Numbered from the stretch's first letter, positions 46,349 to 59,050 are shown. The stretch: 64,000 nucleotides of DNA from an uncultured Lachnospiraceae bacterium (GCA_946625945.1 CAMOTR010000060.1:6510-70509); one strand, 5' to 3'. Notes: a model not told the origin generated them from the letters alone. Translations and numbers: made by a program.

Positions 46349-47128
46349 TTATGACAGTCTGCCAAGCTGAGATACCGCGATCTCCATGGAATCGTCATAG
46401 GTCTGGATCAATTTCTGATTCGCCTCATACTGTCTGCTGATAGCAATCAGATTCACCATCTCAGATACCGTCTGCACATTGGCCATCTCCAGATACCCGG
46501 ACTCCATCTCCGCCGTCCCGGCGATCTGTCTCGCGCCCTGCAGCGGTCTGAAATAGGTCTCGCCATAACGCTCCAGATAATTATAATCCTCAAAATCAGC
46601 GACCTGGATCTGTGCGATTTCCACGCCGTCCTGACTGATGCGTCCATCCTTTGTGATGGTAGATTCCTTCAGAGTGTCCAGCTGAATGCGCCGATTGTTC
46701 ACATCCAGCACATAGTCCCCCTCTTCTGTCACCAGATATCCTTCCTTCGTCAGTGTGAACTGACCTGCGCGGGTAAACATATTGCTGGTCTCCCCCGCTT
46801 TATTCGTAAATTCGATCACAAAAAAACCGTCTCCCGAGAGCGCCAGATCATAGGTATTGCCCGTATCTCTGAAAGACCCCTGGGAATAATCCACGTAATT
46901 CTCTCCGATCTTCACGCCCGGATTGCGCACACCCTCGCCCTGCACATTGCCCATTCCAATGGAAGCATCCTTCAGCTTCACCGTAAAAACATCGTCAAAG
47001 GACTGGCTGGTCGTACCTTCTTTCTTATAGCCAACCGTAGCAACATTTGCAAAGTTGTTGGTCATGACATCCATTCTGTGCTGTTCGTTCACCATGCCTG
47101 ACCACGCCGTGTACAATCCTCTTAACAT
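46349..47128 (-). CDS. Flagellar hook-basal body rod protein (FlgF/FlhO-like)
   Basis: NNFANVATVGYK, DLALSGDGFF, TRAG, LEMANV. Confidence 0.88.
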   Translation of the reverse strand: MLRGLYTAWSGMVNEQHRMDVMTNNFANVATVGYKKEGTTSQSFDDVFTVKLKDASIGMGNVQGEGVRNPGVKIGENYVDYSQGSFRDTGNTYDLALSGDGFFVIEFTNKAGETSNMFTRAGQFTLTKEGYLVTEEGDYVLDVNNRRIQLDTLKESTITKDGRISQDGVEIAQIQVADFEDYNYLERYGETYFRPLQGARQIAGTAEMESGYLEMANVQTVSEMVNLIAISRQYEANQKLIQTYDDSMEIAVSQLGRLS

Positions 47129-47156
47129 AGCGTCTCTCCTTTAGTTCTTCGTATGT

Positions 47157-48146
47157 TTAGTCCCCGTATCTCGCCAGCAGTTCCACATATTGTCCGGTTC
47201 CGATCGCCACTGCCGTCATCGGATCCTCCGCAGTCATCGTGTTGATTCCGGTTCTGGTGGAGATCAGATCCTCCAGACCTCTGAGCAGGCTTCCTCCGCC
47301 GGTGAGCACGATGCCCCTGTCCGCGATATCCGCTGCCAGCTCGGGCGGCGTCTTCTCCAGCACGCTGTGGATCATCTCCACGATCTGGGAAGTCGTCTCC
47401 TTCAGCGCCTCCTCCGTTTCCTCCGAAGAAACCTTTACCGTCTTCGGCAGACCGGTCACCAGATTCCGTCCTCTCACATCCATATAATCCACTTCGGGCC
47501 GCTTGTACGCGGTGCCGATCTTGATCTTGATATCCTCGGCAGTCCGCTCGCCGATCAGCAGATTGTGCTTCTTTCTCATGTAGCGGACCAGCGCCTCGTC
47601 AAAGTCATCGCCCGCAATCTTGATGGATGCGCTGACCACGATACCCGCCAGTGAGATCACTGCGATATCCGACGTACCACCGCCGATATCCACGATCATG
47701 TTTCCGCAGGGCTTCACAATGTCGATTCCTGCACCAATCGCCGCTGCGATGGGCTCCTCGATCAGTCTGACCTCTCTCGCACCTGCCTGATAGGTCGCAT
47801 CCTCGACCGCCTTCTTCTCCACCTCTGTCACACCGCTGGGTACGCATACCGCCACGCGGGGTTTCCGGAAAGCCCGCTTGCCCAATGCCTTCTGGATAAA
47901 ATATTTCATCATCTGCTCGGTGACCCTGTAATCCGAGATCACACCCTGACGCAGCGGTCTCACCGCCACAATATTCCCCGGGGTACGACCTAACATCAGT
48001 CTGGCGTCCTCACCGATTGCCTTGATCTTATTGGTATCTCTATCAAAAGCCACTACAGAGGGCTCCTTCAACACAACGCCCTTGCCCTTGATGTAAACAA
48101 GGATACTGGCTGTTCCCAAATCAATTCCGATATCTGTGCCTTGCAT
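47157..48146 (-). CDS. mbl: Rod shape-determining protein MreB/Mbl
   Basis: DLGTA, EEPIAAA, DIGGGT, LTGGG. Position upstream of the rod genes matches mbl-flhO-flhP. Confidence 0.85.
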   Translation of the reverse strand: MQGTDIGIDLGTASILVYIKGKGVVLKEPSVVAFDRDTNKIKAIGEDARLMLGRTPGNIVAVRPLRQGVISDYRVTEQMMKYFIQKALGKRAFRKPRVAVCVPSGVTEVEKKAVEDATYQAGAREVRLIEEPIAAAIGAGIDIVKPCGNMIVDIGGGTSDIAVISLAGIVVSASIKIAGDDFDEALVRYMRKKHNLLIGERTAEDIKIKIGTAYKRPEVDYMDVRGRNLVTGLPKTVKVSSEETEEALKETTSQIVEMIHSVLEKTPPELAADIADRGIVLTGGGSLLRGLEDLISTRTGINTMTAEDPMTAVAIGTGQYVELLARYGD

Positions 48147-48277
48147 TTTCTATTTTCCCCTTTCCGGTGAAACTATCCCATTTTCATTATCAACTAGTAA
48201 TTATAACCGAAATTTTTCCAAATTGGTAGGGGGCTTAAAAAATTTCTAAAATTTTAACAAATTTCGGAATTTTTCCT

Positions 48278-48326
48278 AAAAAAACGCAGGGAAAGCAAAT
48301 GGATCCTTCCATTTCTTCTCCTGCGT
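48278..48326 (-). terminator. Intrinsic terminator after uvrA
   Basis: ACGCAGG...AAATGGA/TCCATTT...CCTGCGT stem with a T7 tract on the minus strand. Confidence 0.65.
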
Positions 48327-48401
48327 CCGTGCACTTTTTTCTTCTCTTTTGTTTTTTCTTGTTCAATCTGACAAGTATATCGACAGGAAAGAGTGAAAAC
48401 T

Positions 48402-51257
48402 TTAGTGCTTATTTTTTTCCAGCATCTTTTTTACATAAATGCCCGTGTACGACTTCTTGTTCTTCACGATCTCCTCCGGCGTCCCCTTGGCGATCACCGT
48501 ACCGCCCTTGTCGCCGCCCTCGGGGCCGATGTCGATGATATAGTCCGCCGTTTTGATCACATCCAGGTTGTGCTCAATGACCACCACCGTGTTACCGCCG
48601 TCCGCCAGACGGTGCAGGATCTCCACCAGCTTGTGCACATCCGCAAAGTGCAGCCCCGTGGTAGGCTCGTCCAAAATGTAGATTGTCTTGCCCGTGCTGC
48701 GTCTGGAAAGCTCTGTGGCCAGCTTGATCCGCTGTGCCTCACCGCCGGAGAGCTCCGTGGAAGGCTGCCCCAGCTTGATGTAGGAAAGTCCCACATCATA
48801 CAGGGTCTCAATCTTGCGTCGGATGGAGGGCACATGCTCAAAGAAGGATAACGCCTCCTCCACCGTCATATCCAGCACATCATAAATGCTCTTGCCCTTG
48901 TATTTCACCTCCAGGGTCTCCCTGTTATAGCGTTTACCGCCGCAGACCTCACAGGGAATATACACATCCGGCAGAAAATGCATCTCAATCTTGATGATGC
49001 CGTCACCGCTGCAGGCCTCGCATCTGCCCCCCTTCACATTAAAGCTGAACCTGCCCTTGCCGTAGCCTCTGGCCTTGGCGTCCGCCGTCGCCGCGAACAG
49101 ATCCCTGATCTGATCAAACACACCGGTATAGGTGGCCGGATTCGACCGGGGCGTCCGCCCGATGGGCGACTGGTCGATGGCAATCACCTTATCCAGCTGC
49201 TCCAGACCCTTAATATCTTTATGCTTGCCAGGAATACATCTGGCACGGTTCAAATCCCTGGCCAAGTGCTTGTATAAAATCTCATTCACCAGAGAACTCT
49301 TACCCGATCCAGACACTCCCGTCACACAAGTCATCACGCCCAGCGGAAAGTCCACGTCAATATTCTTCAGATTGTTCTCCTGCGCGCCCACGACCTTGAT
49401 CCATCCGTTCGGCTTCCTACGCTTCTTCGGCACCGGGATCTGCAGCTCACCGCTCAGGTACTTTCCAGTGATGGACTCCGGCACTTTCATAATCTCCTCC
49501 GCTGTACCGCAGGCCACCACTTCTCCACCATGGGAACCGGCGCTGGGCCCAATATCCACCACATAGTCCGCCGCCCGCATGGTATCCTCATCATGCTCCA
49601 CCACGATCAGGGTGTTGCCCAGATCCCGCAGACTCTTTAACGTATTCAACAGCTTGTCGTTGTCCCGCTGATGCAGACCGATGCTGGGTTCATCCAGAAT
49701 ATAGCACCCGCCCACCAGACCCGAGCCAATCTGGGTTGCCAGCCGGATCCGCTGTGCTTCGCCGCCGGACAGGCTGGCTGTCCCTCTGGCCAAAGACAGA
49801 TAATCCAGTCCCACATCCATGAGGAACTGCACTCTGGCCCGGATCTCCTTCAAAATCTGCTTTCCGATCAGCTGCTGTTGGTTCGTCAGCTGCATTTCGC
49901 TTAAAAATGCATGCAGATCGGACACCGACAACGATGTGATCTCGAAGATATTTTTATCGCACACCGTCACCGCCAGCGCCTCTTTTTTCAGACGCATGCC
50001 CTTACACTCTTTACAGGGCGTGATGCGCATGAAAGACTCATACTCCTGCTTCATGGTCTCGGAGAAGGTCTCCCTGTACTTACGCTCCACATTTTTGATC
50101 AATCCCTCAAATGCAATGGGATACACGCCTCTGCCGCGCTGCCCCACATAGTGCACATCCACCTGCTTATCCGTGCCGTGGATCAGCACCTCCTTCACCT
50201 TGTCCGGATACTTTTCAAAGGGCGTGTCCAGATCAAAATGAAACTCCTTGCACAGCGCCTGCAGCGTCGCATTGGTAAAGCTGGTCTTGTCCATGCAGGA
50301 CTGCCAGCCCGTCACCGCGATGGCGCCCTCATTGATACTCAAACTCTGATCCGGGATCATCAGATCCACGTCAAACTCCATCTTGTACCCCAGCCCCGCA
50401 CACTCCGGGCAGGCACCGAAAGGATTGTTGAAGGAAAAGCTTCTGGGCTCCACCTCGCTGATGCTGATGCCGCAGTCCGGGCAGGCAAAACTCTGGCTGA
50501 AGGTCATGCTCTCCCCACCGATCACATCCACATACAGCAGATTCTCCGCCAGTCCAAGCACATTCTCAATGGAATCCGTAAGTCTTCTCTCAATGCCGGG
50601 CTTCACTACAAGACGATCCACCACAATCTCGATGGTATGCTTGATATTTTTCTCTAGCTTGATCTCCTCTGTCAGCTCATACAGGTTCCCATCGATGCGT
50701 ACACGCACATAACCGCTGCGTTTCGCGCGCTCTAACACCTTCTCATGTTCCCCTTTTCTGCCGCGCACCACCGGCGCCAGCAGCTGAATCTTCGTCCCCT
50801 CAGGCAGCGCCATGATCTGATCCACCATCTGATCCACGCTCTGCTTCGCGATCTCCCTGCCGCACTTCGGGCAATGCGGGATCCCGATCCGGGCGTACAG
50901 CAGCCGGAAATAATCATAGATCTCGGTCACGGTACCCACCGTGGAACGGGGATTGCGGTTCGTGGACTTCTGGTCGATGGAGATGGCCGGCGACAACCCG
51001 TCGATCCGCTCCACATTGGGCTTCTCCATCTGTCCCAGAAACATTCTCGCATAGGAGGACAGTGACTCCATATAACGTCTCTGTCCCTCCGCATAAATGG
51101 TGTCAAACGCCAGCGATGACTTCCCGGAACCCGACACCCCGGTCAGCACCACCAGCTCATTTCTCGGAATATCCACATTCAGATTTTTCAGATTATGCTC
51201 ATTTGCACCCCGCACCTTGATATATTCGCGGGGACGCATCTTTTTTACTTCTTCCAT
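48402..51257 (-). CDS. uvrA: Excinuclease ABC subunit A
   Basis: Two [10 protein letters not shown] ATPase domains, zinc fingers, LSGGEAQRI twice. Confidence 0.98.
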   Translation of the reverse strand: MEEVKKMRPREYIKVRGANEHNLKNLNVDIPRNELVVLTGVSGSGKSSLAFDTIYAEGQRRYMESLSSYARMFLGQMEKPNVERIDGLSPAISIDQKSTNRNPRSTVGTVTEIYDYFRLLYARIGIPHCPKCGREIAKQSVDQMVDQIMALPEGTKIQLLAPVVRGRKGEHEKVLERAKRSGYVRVRIDGNLYELTEEIKLEKNIKHTIEIVVDRLVVKPGIERRLTDSIENVLGLAENLLYVDVIGGESMTFSQSFACPDCGISISEVEPRSFSFNNPFGACPECAGLGYKMEFDVDLMIPDQSLSINEGAIAVTGWQSCMDKTSFTNATLQALCKEFHFDLDTPFEKYPDKVKEVLIHGTDKQVDVHYVGQRGRGVYPIAFEGLIKNVERKYRETFSETMKQEYESFMRITPCKECKGMRLKKEALAVTVCDKNIFEITSLSVSDLHAFLSEMQLTNQQQLIGKQILKEIRARVQFLMDVGLDYLSLARGTASLSGGEAQRIRLATQIGSGLVGGCYILDEPSIGLHQRDNDKLLNTLKSLRDLGNTLIVVEHDEDTMRAADYVVDIGPSAGSHGGEVVACGTAEEIMKVPESITGKYLSGELQIPVPKKRRKPNGWIKVVGAQENNLKNIDVDFPLGVMTCVTGVSGSGKSSLVNEILYKHLARDLNRARCIPGKHKDIKGLEQLDKVIAIDQSPIGRTPRSNPATYTGVFDQIRDLFAATADAKARGYGKGRFSFNVKGGRCEACSGDGIIKIEMHFLPDVYIPCEVCGGKRYNRETLEVKYKGKSIYDVLDMTVEEALSFFEHVPSIRRKIETLYDVGLSYIKLGQPSTELSGGEAQRIKLATELSRRSTGKTIYILDEPTTGLHFADVHKLVEILHRLADGGNTVVVIEHNLDVIKTADYIIDIGPEGGDKGGTVIAKGTPEEIVKNKKSYTGIYVKKMLEKNKH

Positions 51258-51264
51258 ACGCCCT

Positions 51265-52785
51265 TCACCTGTTTTTCCTTCTTTTTATCTTCGAGCCCAA
51301 ACGTGTCATACTTTCGGCAATCCCTGCCACCGCACACGGGATCATCATCATAAAATACGGAAACACATATCTTGTTTTTGCTTCCCACAGCACACTGAAC
51401 AAGAATCCGCCATAGACACATATCATCAAAACAACATTTTCAATTCTTTCTGCTTTTTTACACTTCCAGACCAGAAACAAAAGTGCACCGCCGTAGATCA
51501 GAAGCTGATAGATCTCCATAAAACTTTCCAGATACCGGTCTCCTCCTAGGAAACAGATCTGCTGCGCAATCTTCTTCGGCGCATCGTAAAAGCTGCTGTT
51601 CATCACGATACACTGGTACATCGGCGCATTCCACTGGCTGTTTATTTTCATATCATAAAAGAGAAACAACTGCCTGGGATCCGCCTTACATTTTTCCACG
51701 AACTCCCGAATATCCTGTTTGGCAGCCTCCTTTGCTATTTCCGGATCAAATCCGCATGTGCGGTACATTCCCAGGTCATAACCGTCATGCCACCCGGCTC
51801 CGATATCCGGGGAATAATGTGTCCCCATCGCCACATAAAGCAAAGTCGGAATGGGTTCGGCATCTTCTCCCATATAAGGTGCATAGATTGCCGAGATCAC
51901 CATTTGAAATCCGATGACTCCGGCAAGAACAGCTGCACCGGTCAGTCCCAATTCCCTTTGGGGTCGCCTCACAAATTTTACAACCAAAACTACCAGAAAC
52001 GCGATCACGCAGATCAGTGCATTTTTCCGAAACTGCACCATTCCTCCGCTGAGAATCGCCAAAATAACAAGTTTCCACCATCGAAACCTACGGATGATAG
52101 ACAGGAATGTCCATGTAGCTGCCAGCATCAGCGCAATCGATGCGATCTCACCATAGATGAACGGCGCATATCCGTACATCGGAACACACAGTATCATAAA
52201 CAACAGATAGATTGCCTCTGCTTTTACATGCTTTCCCGTCAGATATCTGACGATCTGATACCCCGAATAGACGATCAGGAATACCATGCACGCATTAAAA
52301 TACTGGTACGCCTTATAATTTCCCTGTCCGAAGATCAGGAACAGCACCCTCATAAAAGTGATCAGGCCAAGCTGCTGTGGGTAGTTTGCCACATAACCGC
52401 CCTTCAGCAGAGAGGTGGTATCCCCCAGAGCATAGGCCTTCGCATATTCCACAATGTCTCTCTGATCCGCCTCGGGACCGGTCTGCATGGCGTAAACCCA
52501 GTAAGCACTCACCGCAGTACACAGAATACCGATCACGATCGCAGCCACGTGCATCCCCTTATCCGTGGCACACTTTGAAACCAGCGTTGCAACTATCCAG
52601 CTCAAAGCAATCCCCAACAGGATTCCCAGCAAATTAAACCATAAATTGTCACTTCTCTCCGTCACCAGTTCGTTCCATATCTGTTCGTTGATCCATGAAG
52701 CACACATACTATTATAAAAAAGTATTGCCATCAGGATTCCGCACAAAACACAAAAAATCCGTGTCGCCAGCTTTTCCACATTCAT
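51265..52785 (-). CDS. Polytopic membrane protein, probable GT-C glycosyltransferase (paralog of 13415..15058)
   Basis: ADQ, NYPQQLG, YGEIAS, RKN, AMG, GWHDGY, WEAKTRY. Confidence 0.6.
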   Translation of the reverse strand: MNVEKLATRIFCVLCGILMAILFYNSMCASWINEQIWNELVTERSDNLWFNLLGILLGIALSWIVATLVSKCATDKGMHVAAIVIGILCTAVSAYWVYAMQTGPEADQRDIVEYAKAYALGDTTSLLKGGYVANYPQQLGLITFMRVLFLIFGQGNYKAYQYFNACMVFLIVYSGYQIVRYLTGKHVKAEAIYLLFMILCVPMYGYAPFIYGEIASIALMLAATWTFLSIIRRFRWWKLVILAILSGGMVQFRKNALICVIAFLVVLVVKFVRRPQRELGLTGAAVLAGVIGFQMVISAIYAPYMGEDAEPIPTLLYVAMGTHYSPDIGAGWHDGYDLGMYRTCGFDPEIAKEAAKQDIREFVEKCKADPRQLFLFYDMKINSQWNAPMYQCIVMNSSFYDAPKKIAQQICFLGGDRYLESFMEIYQLLIYGGALLFLVWKCKKAERIENVVLMICVYGGFLFSVLWEAKTRYVFPYFMMMIPCAVAGIAESMTRLGSKIKRRKNR

Positions 52786-52810
52786 TTCTTTCCAGCCCTC
52801 TTTATCATTC

Positions 52811-54817
52811 CTAGTTCTTCTCCAGTCCGTTCAGCTGCTTCTTCAGTTCCAGCATCTTGTCACGCAGCTCTGCTGCCGCCTCGAAGTTCAGGTCTGCCGC
52901 TGCCCGCTGCATCTTTTTCTGTACTTCGCCGATCAGTTTCTCGATCTCCTGTCTGCTCATGGACTCCGGGTCTTTCTCGAACTGCACCTCTTCCTTTGCA
53001 ATCGTCTGGGAAATGGAAATCAGATCCCGCACTGCCTTCTTGATCGTCTGCGGCGTAATACCATGCGCCTCATTATACTTCATCTGGATCTCGCGCCTGC
53101 GGTTGGTCTCCTCAATGGCAGCCTTCATGGAATCCGTAATGGTATCCGCATACATGATCACATGCCCCTCCGCATTTCGCGCCGCGCGTCCCACCGTCTG
53201 GATCAGAGAAGTTTCGCTTCGCAGGAACCCTTCCTTATCCGCATCCAAAATGACCACCAGAGAGATCTCCGGAATATCCAGCCCCTCCCTGAGCAGATTG
53301 ATGCCCACCAGTACATCAAACACATCCAGACGCATATCACGGATGATCTCAGCCCGCTCCAAGGTATCAATATCCGAGTGCAGATACTTCACGCGGATAC
53401 CTACCTCCTTCATATAGGCCGTCAGATCCTCCGCCATCCGCTTTGTCAGCGTGGTGATCAGAATTTTATTGTGCCTGTCAGTCTCCTTCTTCACCTCGGC
53501 GATCAGATCATCGATCTGCCCCTCCACAGGACGCACATCAATCTCCGGATCCAGCAGACCCGTAGGTCGGATGATCTGCTCTGTCCGCAGCAGTTCATGT
53601 TCTTCCTCATAGGTAGAAGGCGTGGCCGACACAAACAGCATCTGGTCGATATGACTTTCAAACTCCTCAAAATCCAGTGGTCTGTTGTCCAGTGCCGACG
53701 GCAGTCTGAATCCGTAATCCACCAAAGTCTGCTTTCTGGACCGATCCCCGAAATACATGCCTCTGATCTGCGGAATCGTCATATGAGACTCGTCCACAAT
53801 GATCAGGAAATCATCCGTGAAGAAGTCCAACAGTGTCATGGGCGGCTCCCCGGGCAAACTTCCGTTCAGATGCCTGGTATAATTCTCAATTCCCGAGCAG
53901 AATCCCGTCTCCCGCAGCATCTCAATATCAAAATTCGTCCGCTCCGAGATCCGCTGCGCCTCGATCAGCTTGTCCTCCCCCTTGAAATATCTGACCCGCT
54001 CCTCCATCTCTTTCTCAATGTTATCGCAGGCGATCCTGATCTTCTCCTGGGAAACCACATAGTGAGAGGCCGGAAAGATCGCCACATGATTCAATGAGGC
54101 ATGCACCTTTCCGTTCAGTGGCTCCACCTCACAGATCCGGTCGATCTCATCCCCAAAAAACTCCACCCGGATCAGATAATCTCCGCCCTGCGCCGGATAG
54201 ATCTCCAGAACATCTCCATGCACCCGGAAAGTGGCACGCTTTACTTCCATATCATTCCGATCATACTGCATATCGATCAGTTCCCGGATCACCTGATCCC
54301 TGTCCTTGGTCATTCCCGGACGCAATGAGACCACCATGTCCTTGTACTCATCCGGACTTCCCAGACCATAGATACAGGACACACTGGCCACAACAATCAC
54401 ATCCTTCCGCTCCGTCAACGACGCCGTCGCCGACAGCCGCAGCTTGTCAATCTCGTCATTGATCGCAGAATCTTTTGCAATATAAGTATCCGAAGACGGT
54501 ACATACGCCTCCGGCTGATAATAATCATAATAACTGACAAAATACTCTACCGCATTCTCCGGAAAAAACTCCTTCATCTCCCCGTAGAGCTGTCCGGCCA
54601 ACGTCTTGTTGTGACTGATGATCAGCGTGGGCTTCTGCAGCGCCTGAATCACATTCGCCATGGTAAATGTCTTACCCGAACCCGTCACGCCCAACAGCGT
54701 CTGAAACTGATTGCCCGCCCGAAAACCGTCTACCAGATCCTTTATCGCCTGAGGCTGATCTCCGGTAGGCTGATATTCACTATGCAATTTAAACCTGTTT
54801 TCCATCCCACTCATCAA
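52811..54817 (-). CDS. uvrB: Excinuclease ABC subunit B
   Basis: [29 protein letters not shown]-terminal UVR motif. The start may be ATG 54805. Confidence 0.98.
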   Translation of the reverse strand: MMSGMENRFKLHSEYQPTGDQPQAIKDLVDGFRAGNQFQTLLGVTGSGKTFTMANVIQALQKPTLIISHNKTLAGQLYGEMKEFFPENAVEYFVSYYDYYQPEAYVPSSDTYIAKDSAINDEIDKLRLSATASLTERKDVIVVASVSCIYGLGSPDEYKDMVVSLRPGMTKDRDQVIRELIDMQYDRNDMEVKRATFRVHGDVLEIYPAQGGDYLIRVEFFGDEIDRICEVEPLNGKVHASLNHVAIFPASHYVVSQEKIRIACDNIEKEMEERVRYFKGEDKLIEAQRISERTNFDIEMLRETGFCSGIENYTRHLNGSLPGEPPMTLLDFFTDDFLIIVDESHMTIPQIRGMYFGDRSRKQTLVDYGFRLPSALDNRPLDFEEFESHIDQMLFVSATPSTYEEEHELLRTEQIIRPTGLLDPEIDVRPVEGQIDDLIAEVKKETDRHNKILITTLTKRMAEDLTAYMKEVGIRVKYLHSDIDTLERAEIIRDMRLDVFDVLVGINLLREGLDIPEISLVVILDADKEGFLRSETSLIQTVGRAARNAEGHVIMYADTITDSMKAAIEETNRRREIQMKYNEAHGITPQTIKKAVRDLISISQTIAKEEVQFEKDPESMSRQEIEKLIGEVQKKMQRAAADLNFEAAAELRDKMLELKKQLNGLEKN

Positions 54818-54842
54818 TATAAACTTTCCTCCAAGAATCCAG

Positions 54843-56546
54843 TCATTCTCCGCTTTGCGACGGCGAGAGACTGATCAGAATATAGCGATCCGTTTCATAA
54901 ATATACCCCTCCTGAGGATACCCGGGCATGTCCTTTTCCTCCCGAAGCGCAACCGCCTCCTCCAGCCATTCTTCTCTGTCAATATAGGTAAACTCATCAT
55001 AACCCAGCATTGCCCACAGATTTGTATATTGCTGGTATGTGAGGACAGATGCATTTTGAAATGGATTGTGGGCCCATGTTAACACAGACAATAACGGTGA
55101 CTCCGCATAAGCATATCCAAGTCCCTCATAATTCATATGAAATTTCTCTTTCAAATGAATATCGATCGGATCCGTACATCTGCAGATCATACGATATTGC
55201 CATGAGGAAAAAGGAATACACGCTGCCTCATACAATTCCCCACTTGGCAGAGTTGCTCCTTCCACTACAAGCGGCTTGGAGGTATCATACCCCGAAAGCA
55301 GATCCTCTGCCACGTGTATCATGATCGTCGATGCCTCCTCATATTTTCTGTAATCCTGGATAAACCATTTATTCATATCTGCACTCTGGAAAATGCAAAC
55401 CAGAATACCGCAGACAGCCTGTATGGTTAAAACAAGCTTTTTGCGTCCGCATTTCACCCCGTAAGCCCCGATCAATAAAAAAGCAGACAGGGATATGATC
55501 GGGAGAAACTGCGCCGAATGATACGACTCCGGTCCCCCACCGACAATACTCATCACGATCTGAAACAATACGATAGCACATACGCACAAAATCGGATAAA
55601 TATCTCTTCTCTTTATAATCGCCAGAAGCGAGATCACACACAGCACACCCATGCTGATGACATAAACAGTGATTGGCAGATAGACAAACGCCTGCACATA
55701 ATATCTGAGATATAATTTTTTGATCAACAGCGATATACTGCCCGGTTCGGAAAGCAGTCCCCCAAATACCTGATTATACCCGATCGATAACTCCGCCAGA
55801 TGATAACACTGCTGGATCACATACAACACACCTGTGCGCAACAGCACAACAACCAGGCAGACCGCCATACCTTTTACGATCCAGCCCACGATCGAGCCGC
55901 CATACGCATGCGTTCCCGATTCCACTGTGTGAAGAATAAAAAATATCAATATCGCACCGACAACAAAACACTGCAACATTGACTCATAGCATCCCACAGA
56001 AATTGTTAAGAGCACCGAACAGAACAATAAACGAAGCAGCACATCCCGCCTTTCGCATCCGCGCCTCATCGATTCATAGAATTGATATAACGCCATGGCA
56101 CACAGACAGTATCCAATACACATTCCGTTATGCAGATAATATACCCACAATTCGCTGAGAATAGAATCGGAAACAAACAACGCAACGGCAATTGCAGCGA
56201 TTGGTTCTGGAATCCGTAATCCACACTCCTCAAAAACAAGGCGGATCGTTCCCGCCCAAAGCAACGCCCCGACGCAAAGCAGGATCAGCGCAATCGTTTC
56301 CACCAGTGGAGTAGGCCAGGATATGATATTGAGATGCAGGATCCGGTTCAGAAAAAACAGTGTCCACCTTCCGGAATTGACCGCAAACCCGGTTTCATAG
56401 TACAGCCTCATATCGGTATCATCCACGCCGATCGCAAAGTGTGAGATGGCGTATCCATAACTGACCAGTGCAAAAAGGATCACAATACAGATAGACGGAT
56501 TCTTTATCATAGAAAACGTTTCAACGAATAATTTGTTCTGCTTCAC
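54843..56546 (-). CDS. GtrII-like glucosyltransferase-domain membrane protein (GT-C)
   Basis: First-loop DD, GRW, YES motifs; about 11 TMs plus a C-terminal external domain. Confidence 0.65.
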   Translation of the reverse strand: MKQNKLFVETFSMIKNPSICIVILFALVSYGYAISHFAIGVDDTDMRLYYETGFAVNSGRWTLFFLNRILHLNIISWPTPLVETIALILLCVGALLWAGTIRLVFEECGLRIPEPIAAIAVALFVSDSILSELWVYYLHNGMCIGYCLCAMALYQFYESMRRGCERRDVLLRLLFCSVLLTISVGCYESMLQCFVVGAILIFFILHTVESGTHAYGGSIVGWIVKGMAVCLVVVLLRTGVLYVIQQCYHLAELSIGYNQVFGGLLSEPGSISLLIKKLYLRYYVQAFVYLPITVYVISMGVLCVISLLAIIKRRDIYPILCVCAIVLFQIVMSIVGGGPESYHSAQFLPIISLSAFLLIGAYGVKCGRKKLVLTIQAVCGILVCIFQSADMNKWFIQDYRKYEEASTIMIHVAEDLLSGYDTSKPLVVEGATLPSGELYEAACIPFSSWQYRMICRCTDPIDIHLKEKFHMNYEGLGYAYAESPLLSVLTWAHNPFQNASVLTYQQYTNLWAMLGYDEFTYIDREEWLEEAVALREEKDMPGYPQEGYIYETDRYILISLSPSQSGE

Positions 56547-56550
56547 CTCA

Positions 56551-57759
56551 TCACCTTATCTGCTTCTTCAGCTCTTCCTTCGCCTTCTCCAACTGATTGT
56601 CGTAATGATCCTCGGTGCCGTAATAGGTCTCCCCGTCGAACTCGCAGACCACATCCGGCTCAATACCGGTGCCGTGGATATTCCGCCCGTTCGGCGTATA
56701 GTAGCTGCTGATGGTCATCTTCACCGCGGAGCCGTCCCCCAGGGAAAAGATCTGCTGTACGATACCTTTTCCGAAAGTAGTGGTTCCCACCAACGTTCCC
56801 AGCTTATAATCCTGGATCGCACCGGAGAGGATCTCCGCAGCGCTGGCGGAATTTCCATCCACCAAGACCACCAGCGGAAGCTTCCATTCCCGAAGTCCGT
56901 CGCACTTATACTCCTTGCGGGTTCCCTCTTTATCCTCCGTATAGACGATCAGTCCTTTCGGCAGGATCATGCGCCCGATATCCACCACAGCACTTAAATT
57001 TCCGCCGGGATTTCCCCGCAGATCCAAAATCATTCCCCTGGCATCCGATCCCTTTACCGTAGCCAGCGCATCCGCAAACTGATCCACCGTCACCTCGTCA
57101 AATTCCGTGATCTGGACATATGCCATCTGATCGTCCAGCATCTCATATTTGACGGTAGGGCTTTCCACCTTTCTTCTGGCCACCACCTTCTCGATGTAAT
57201 CATTCTCCCCACCCCGCACCAACGTCAAAGTCACCGTAGTTCCCTCCGGTCCTTTGATCAGCGCCACCACTTCGGACAGTTCAAGCCCCTGCGTCGATTG
57301 GCCGTCCACCTTGTAGATGAGATCGTTCGCCCGCAGATCCGCCTCCTCAGCCGGCGTTCCCTCAATGATACCGGAAATTTTGGGCAGCGATGTATCGGTA
57401 TCGATGGAAACATATGCACCCACACCATAATAGATCCCCTGGGTCTGATCCATCAGGGAATTCAGTTCATCCAGCGTGTAGTACACGGAATACGGATCGT
57501 CCAGCGCATCCATCATTCCCCGATAGAGCCCCGCCTCCAGCTCTTCATCTGTCATATCTTTCAGATAAAATTTTTCATGGATCAGACCCTCCAGCGACTG
57601 CACCTTCCCCAGTACCCTATCATTCATAAAAGAGTCATCCCCAAAAATCGCACTCTTCCTGAAGATAATGCTGGTGATGATCAATGCAACCAATAAACCC
57701 ACTACAAGGCCAAGAGCAAAAAGCCCCCAGCCTTTTCTTTTCTGTTGTTCCATATCCAT
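56551..57759 (-). CDS. ctpA: S41 carboxyl-terminal processing protease with PDZ domain
   Basis: DPYS, DLRGNPGG, SASAAE, TFGKG, GIEPD. Confidence 0.92.
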   Translation of the reverse strand: MDMEQQKRKGWGLFALGLVVGLLVALIITSIIFRKSAIFGDDSFMNDRVLGKVQSLEGLIHEKFYLKDMTDEELEAGLYRGMMDALDDPYSVYYTLDELNSLMDQTQGIYYGVGAYVSIDTDTSLPKISGIIEGTPAEEADLRANDLIYKVDGQSTQGLELSEVVALIKGPEGTTVTLTLVRGGENDYIEKVVARRKVESPTVKYEMLDDQMAYVQITEFDEVTVDQFADALATVKGSDARGMILDLRGNPGGNLSAVVDIGRMILPKGLIVYTEDKEGTRKEYKCDGLREWKLPLVVLVDGNSASAAEILSGAIQDYKLGTLVGTTTFGKGIVQQIFSLGDGSAVKMTISSYYTPNGRNIHGTGIEPDVVCEFDGETYYGTEDHYDNQLEKAKEELKKQIR

Positions 57760-57811
57760 TTTATTTCCCTCTTTCCGCTTCTCTGCAGGTGTCTTCTGCA
57801 GTCACACCCGA

Positions 57812-59050
57812 TCACTGCTTCAAATAATTCCATGGCGATACATAAGAACCGTTTTTACGCACACTGAAATGCAGATGATTTCCCGTAGAGCGGCCCGTAC
57901 TGCCCACCGCCGCGATAGTCTCCCCTCTGGTCACGATATCGCCGCTCTTCACATACAGTGCAGACGCGTGCATATAGATCGTATACAGCTCGTCGCCATG
58001 GTCGATCATAATATAATTGCCCATCGTGGAACTGTAGGTTGCCGCAATGACCTTCCCGTCGTAGGCAGCATAGATCGCCGTTCCCTTCGGTGACGCGAAA
58101 TCCACGCCGTTATGAAACTGCTGCACTCCCAGCGTGGGATGCATCCGCATACCGTAATCATCCGAAACCCTGGTGTAAGAAGCCAACGGAAACTTGAACT
58201 GACCGCCGTCATACGTGAGCACTGTGCCGTTCGCCGCAAGGATTGCCTTCTTCTCCGCATTGATGGCCGCCTCCAGTGCAGCGATCTCTCCATCCTGCTC
58301 CTTGATCATCTGCTCATATTCCTTGATGGCTTTCTGCTTCGTGTTGATATCGGACTCATAAGCCGCGATATCTTTATTCTTCTGGTCGATCAGGGCTTCC
58401 AGATTCGCCTGTTCCGCCTCCACGCCTTTCTTGGTCTCGTCGAGGATTTCCCGCTCCAGCTCCAGCTGCTGCTCACACAGCTCCACATACTCCCTGGTAG
58501 ACTTAAATTCCTCATACATCTGTTTATCATATGCGGCAACTTTTTCGATAGAATCCGCATTGTTCACAAAATTCCCGAAACTGCCCGAGGAAAGCAGCAC
58601 GTCCACCCACTGATTGTTCTGACTCTCATACATCAGCCGGATCCGTGCCACCATGGATCTCTGCTGCGCATCCTCCACTTCGATGGCCCTGTCCAGTTCT
58701 TCCAGCGTCTCGGAAATCTCCTGCTCCTTGGCCTCGATCTGGGCATTCAATCCTGAAATATTCTGCTCAATCTCCACCAGCTGAGAATCCAGCTGCGCCA
58801 CATAATTCTTCAGATTCGCCCTCTGCGTCTCCAGGTTTTTCTTGACCTTCTGCAGATCGGTCAGACTGTTCTTCAGCTTCGTCTTTTCTTTCTGCATCTC
58901 AGAGATCTGATTCTCTTTCGCCTTAATGCTGTCAGATGTAATAGATGACATGGACGTCGCTGCCTGAGCAGGAAACCGTCCGATTCCCACGATCAAACCC
59001 AACGCTACGGCAACTGCAATTATTTTTTTATGCTTTTCTCTCACTCTCAA
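57812..59050 (-). CDS. Coiled-coil M23 peptidase (EnvC-like FtsEX partner)
   Basis: Signal peptide, long coiled coil, HNGVD, YMH, HLHF. Confidence 0.9.
   Translation of the reverse strand: MRVREKHKKIIAVAVALGLIVGIGRFPAQAATSMSSITSDSIKAKENQISEMQKEKTKLKNSLTDLQKVKKNLETQRANLKNYVAQLDSQLVEIEQNISGLNAQIEAKEQEISETLEELDRAIEVEDAQQRSMVARIRLMYESQNNQWVDVLLSSGSFGNFVNNADSIEKVAAYDKQMYEEFKSTREYVELCEQQLELEREILDETKKGVEAEQANLEALIDQKNKDIAAYESDINTKQKAIKEYEQMIKEQDGEIAALEAAINAEKKAILAANGTVLTYDGGQFKFPLASYTRVSDDYGMRMHPTLGVQQFHNGVDFASPKGTAIYAAYDGKVIAATYSSTMGNYIMIDHGDELYTIYMHASALYVKSGDIVTRGETIAAVGSTGRSTGNHLHFSVRKNGSYVSPWNYLKQ

Noticed and set aside
54818-54842. LexA (GAAC-N4-GTTC) box upstream of uvrB
   Set aside because: No match in the short intergenic gap.
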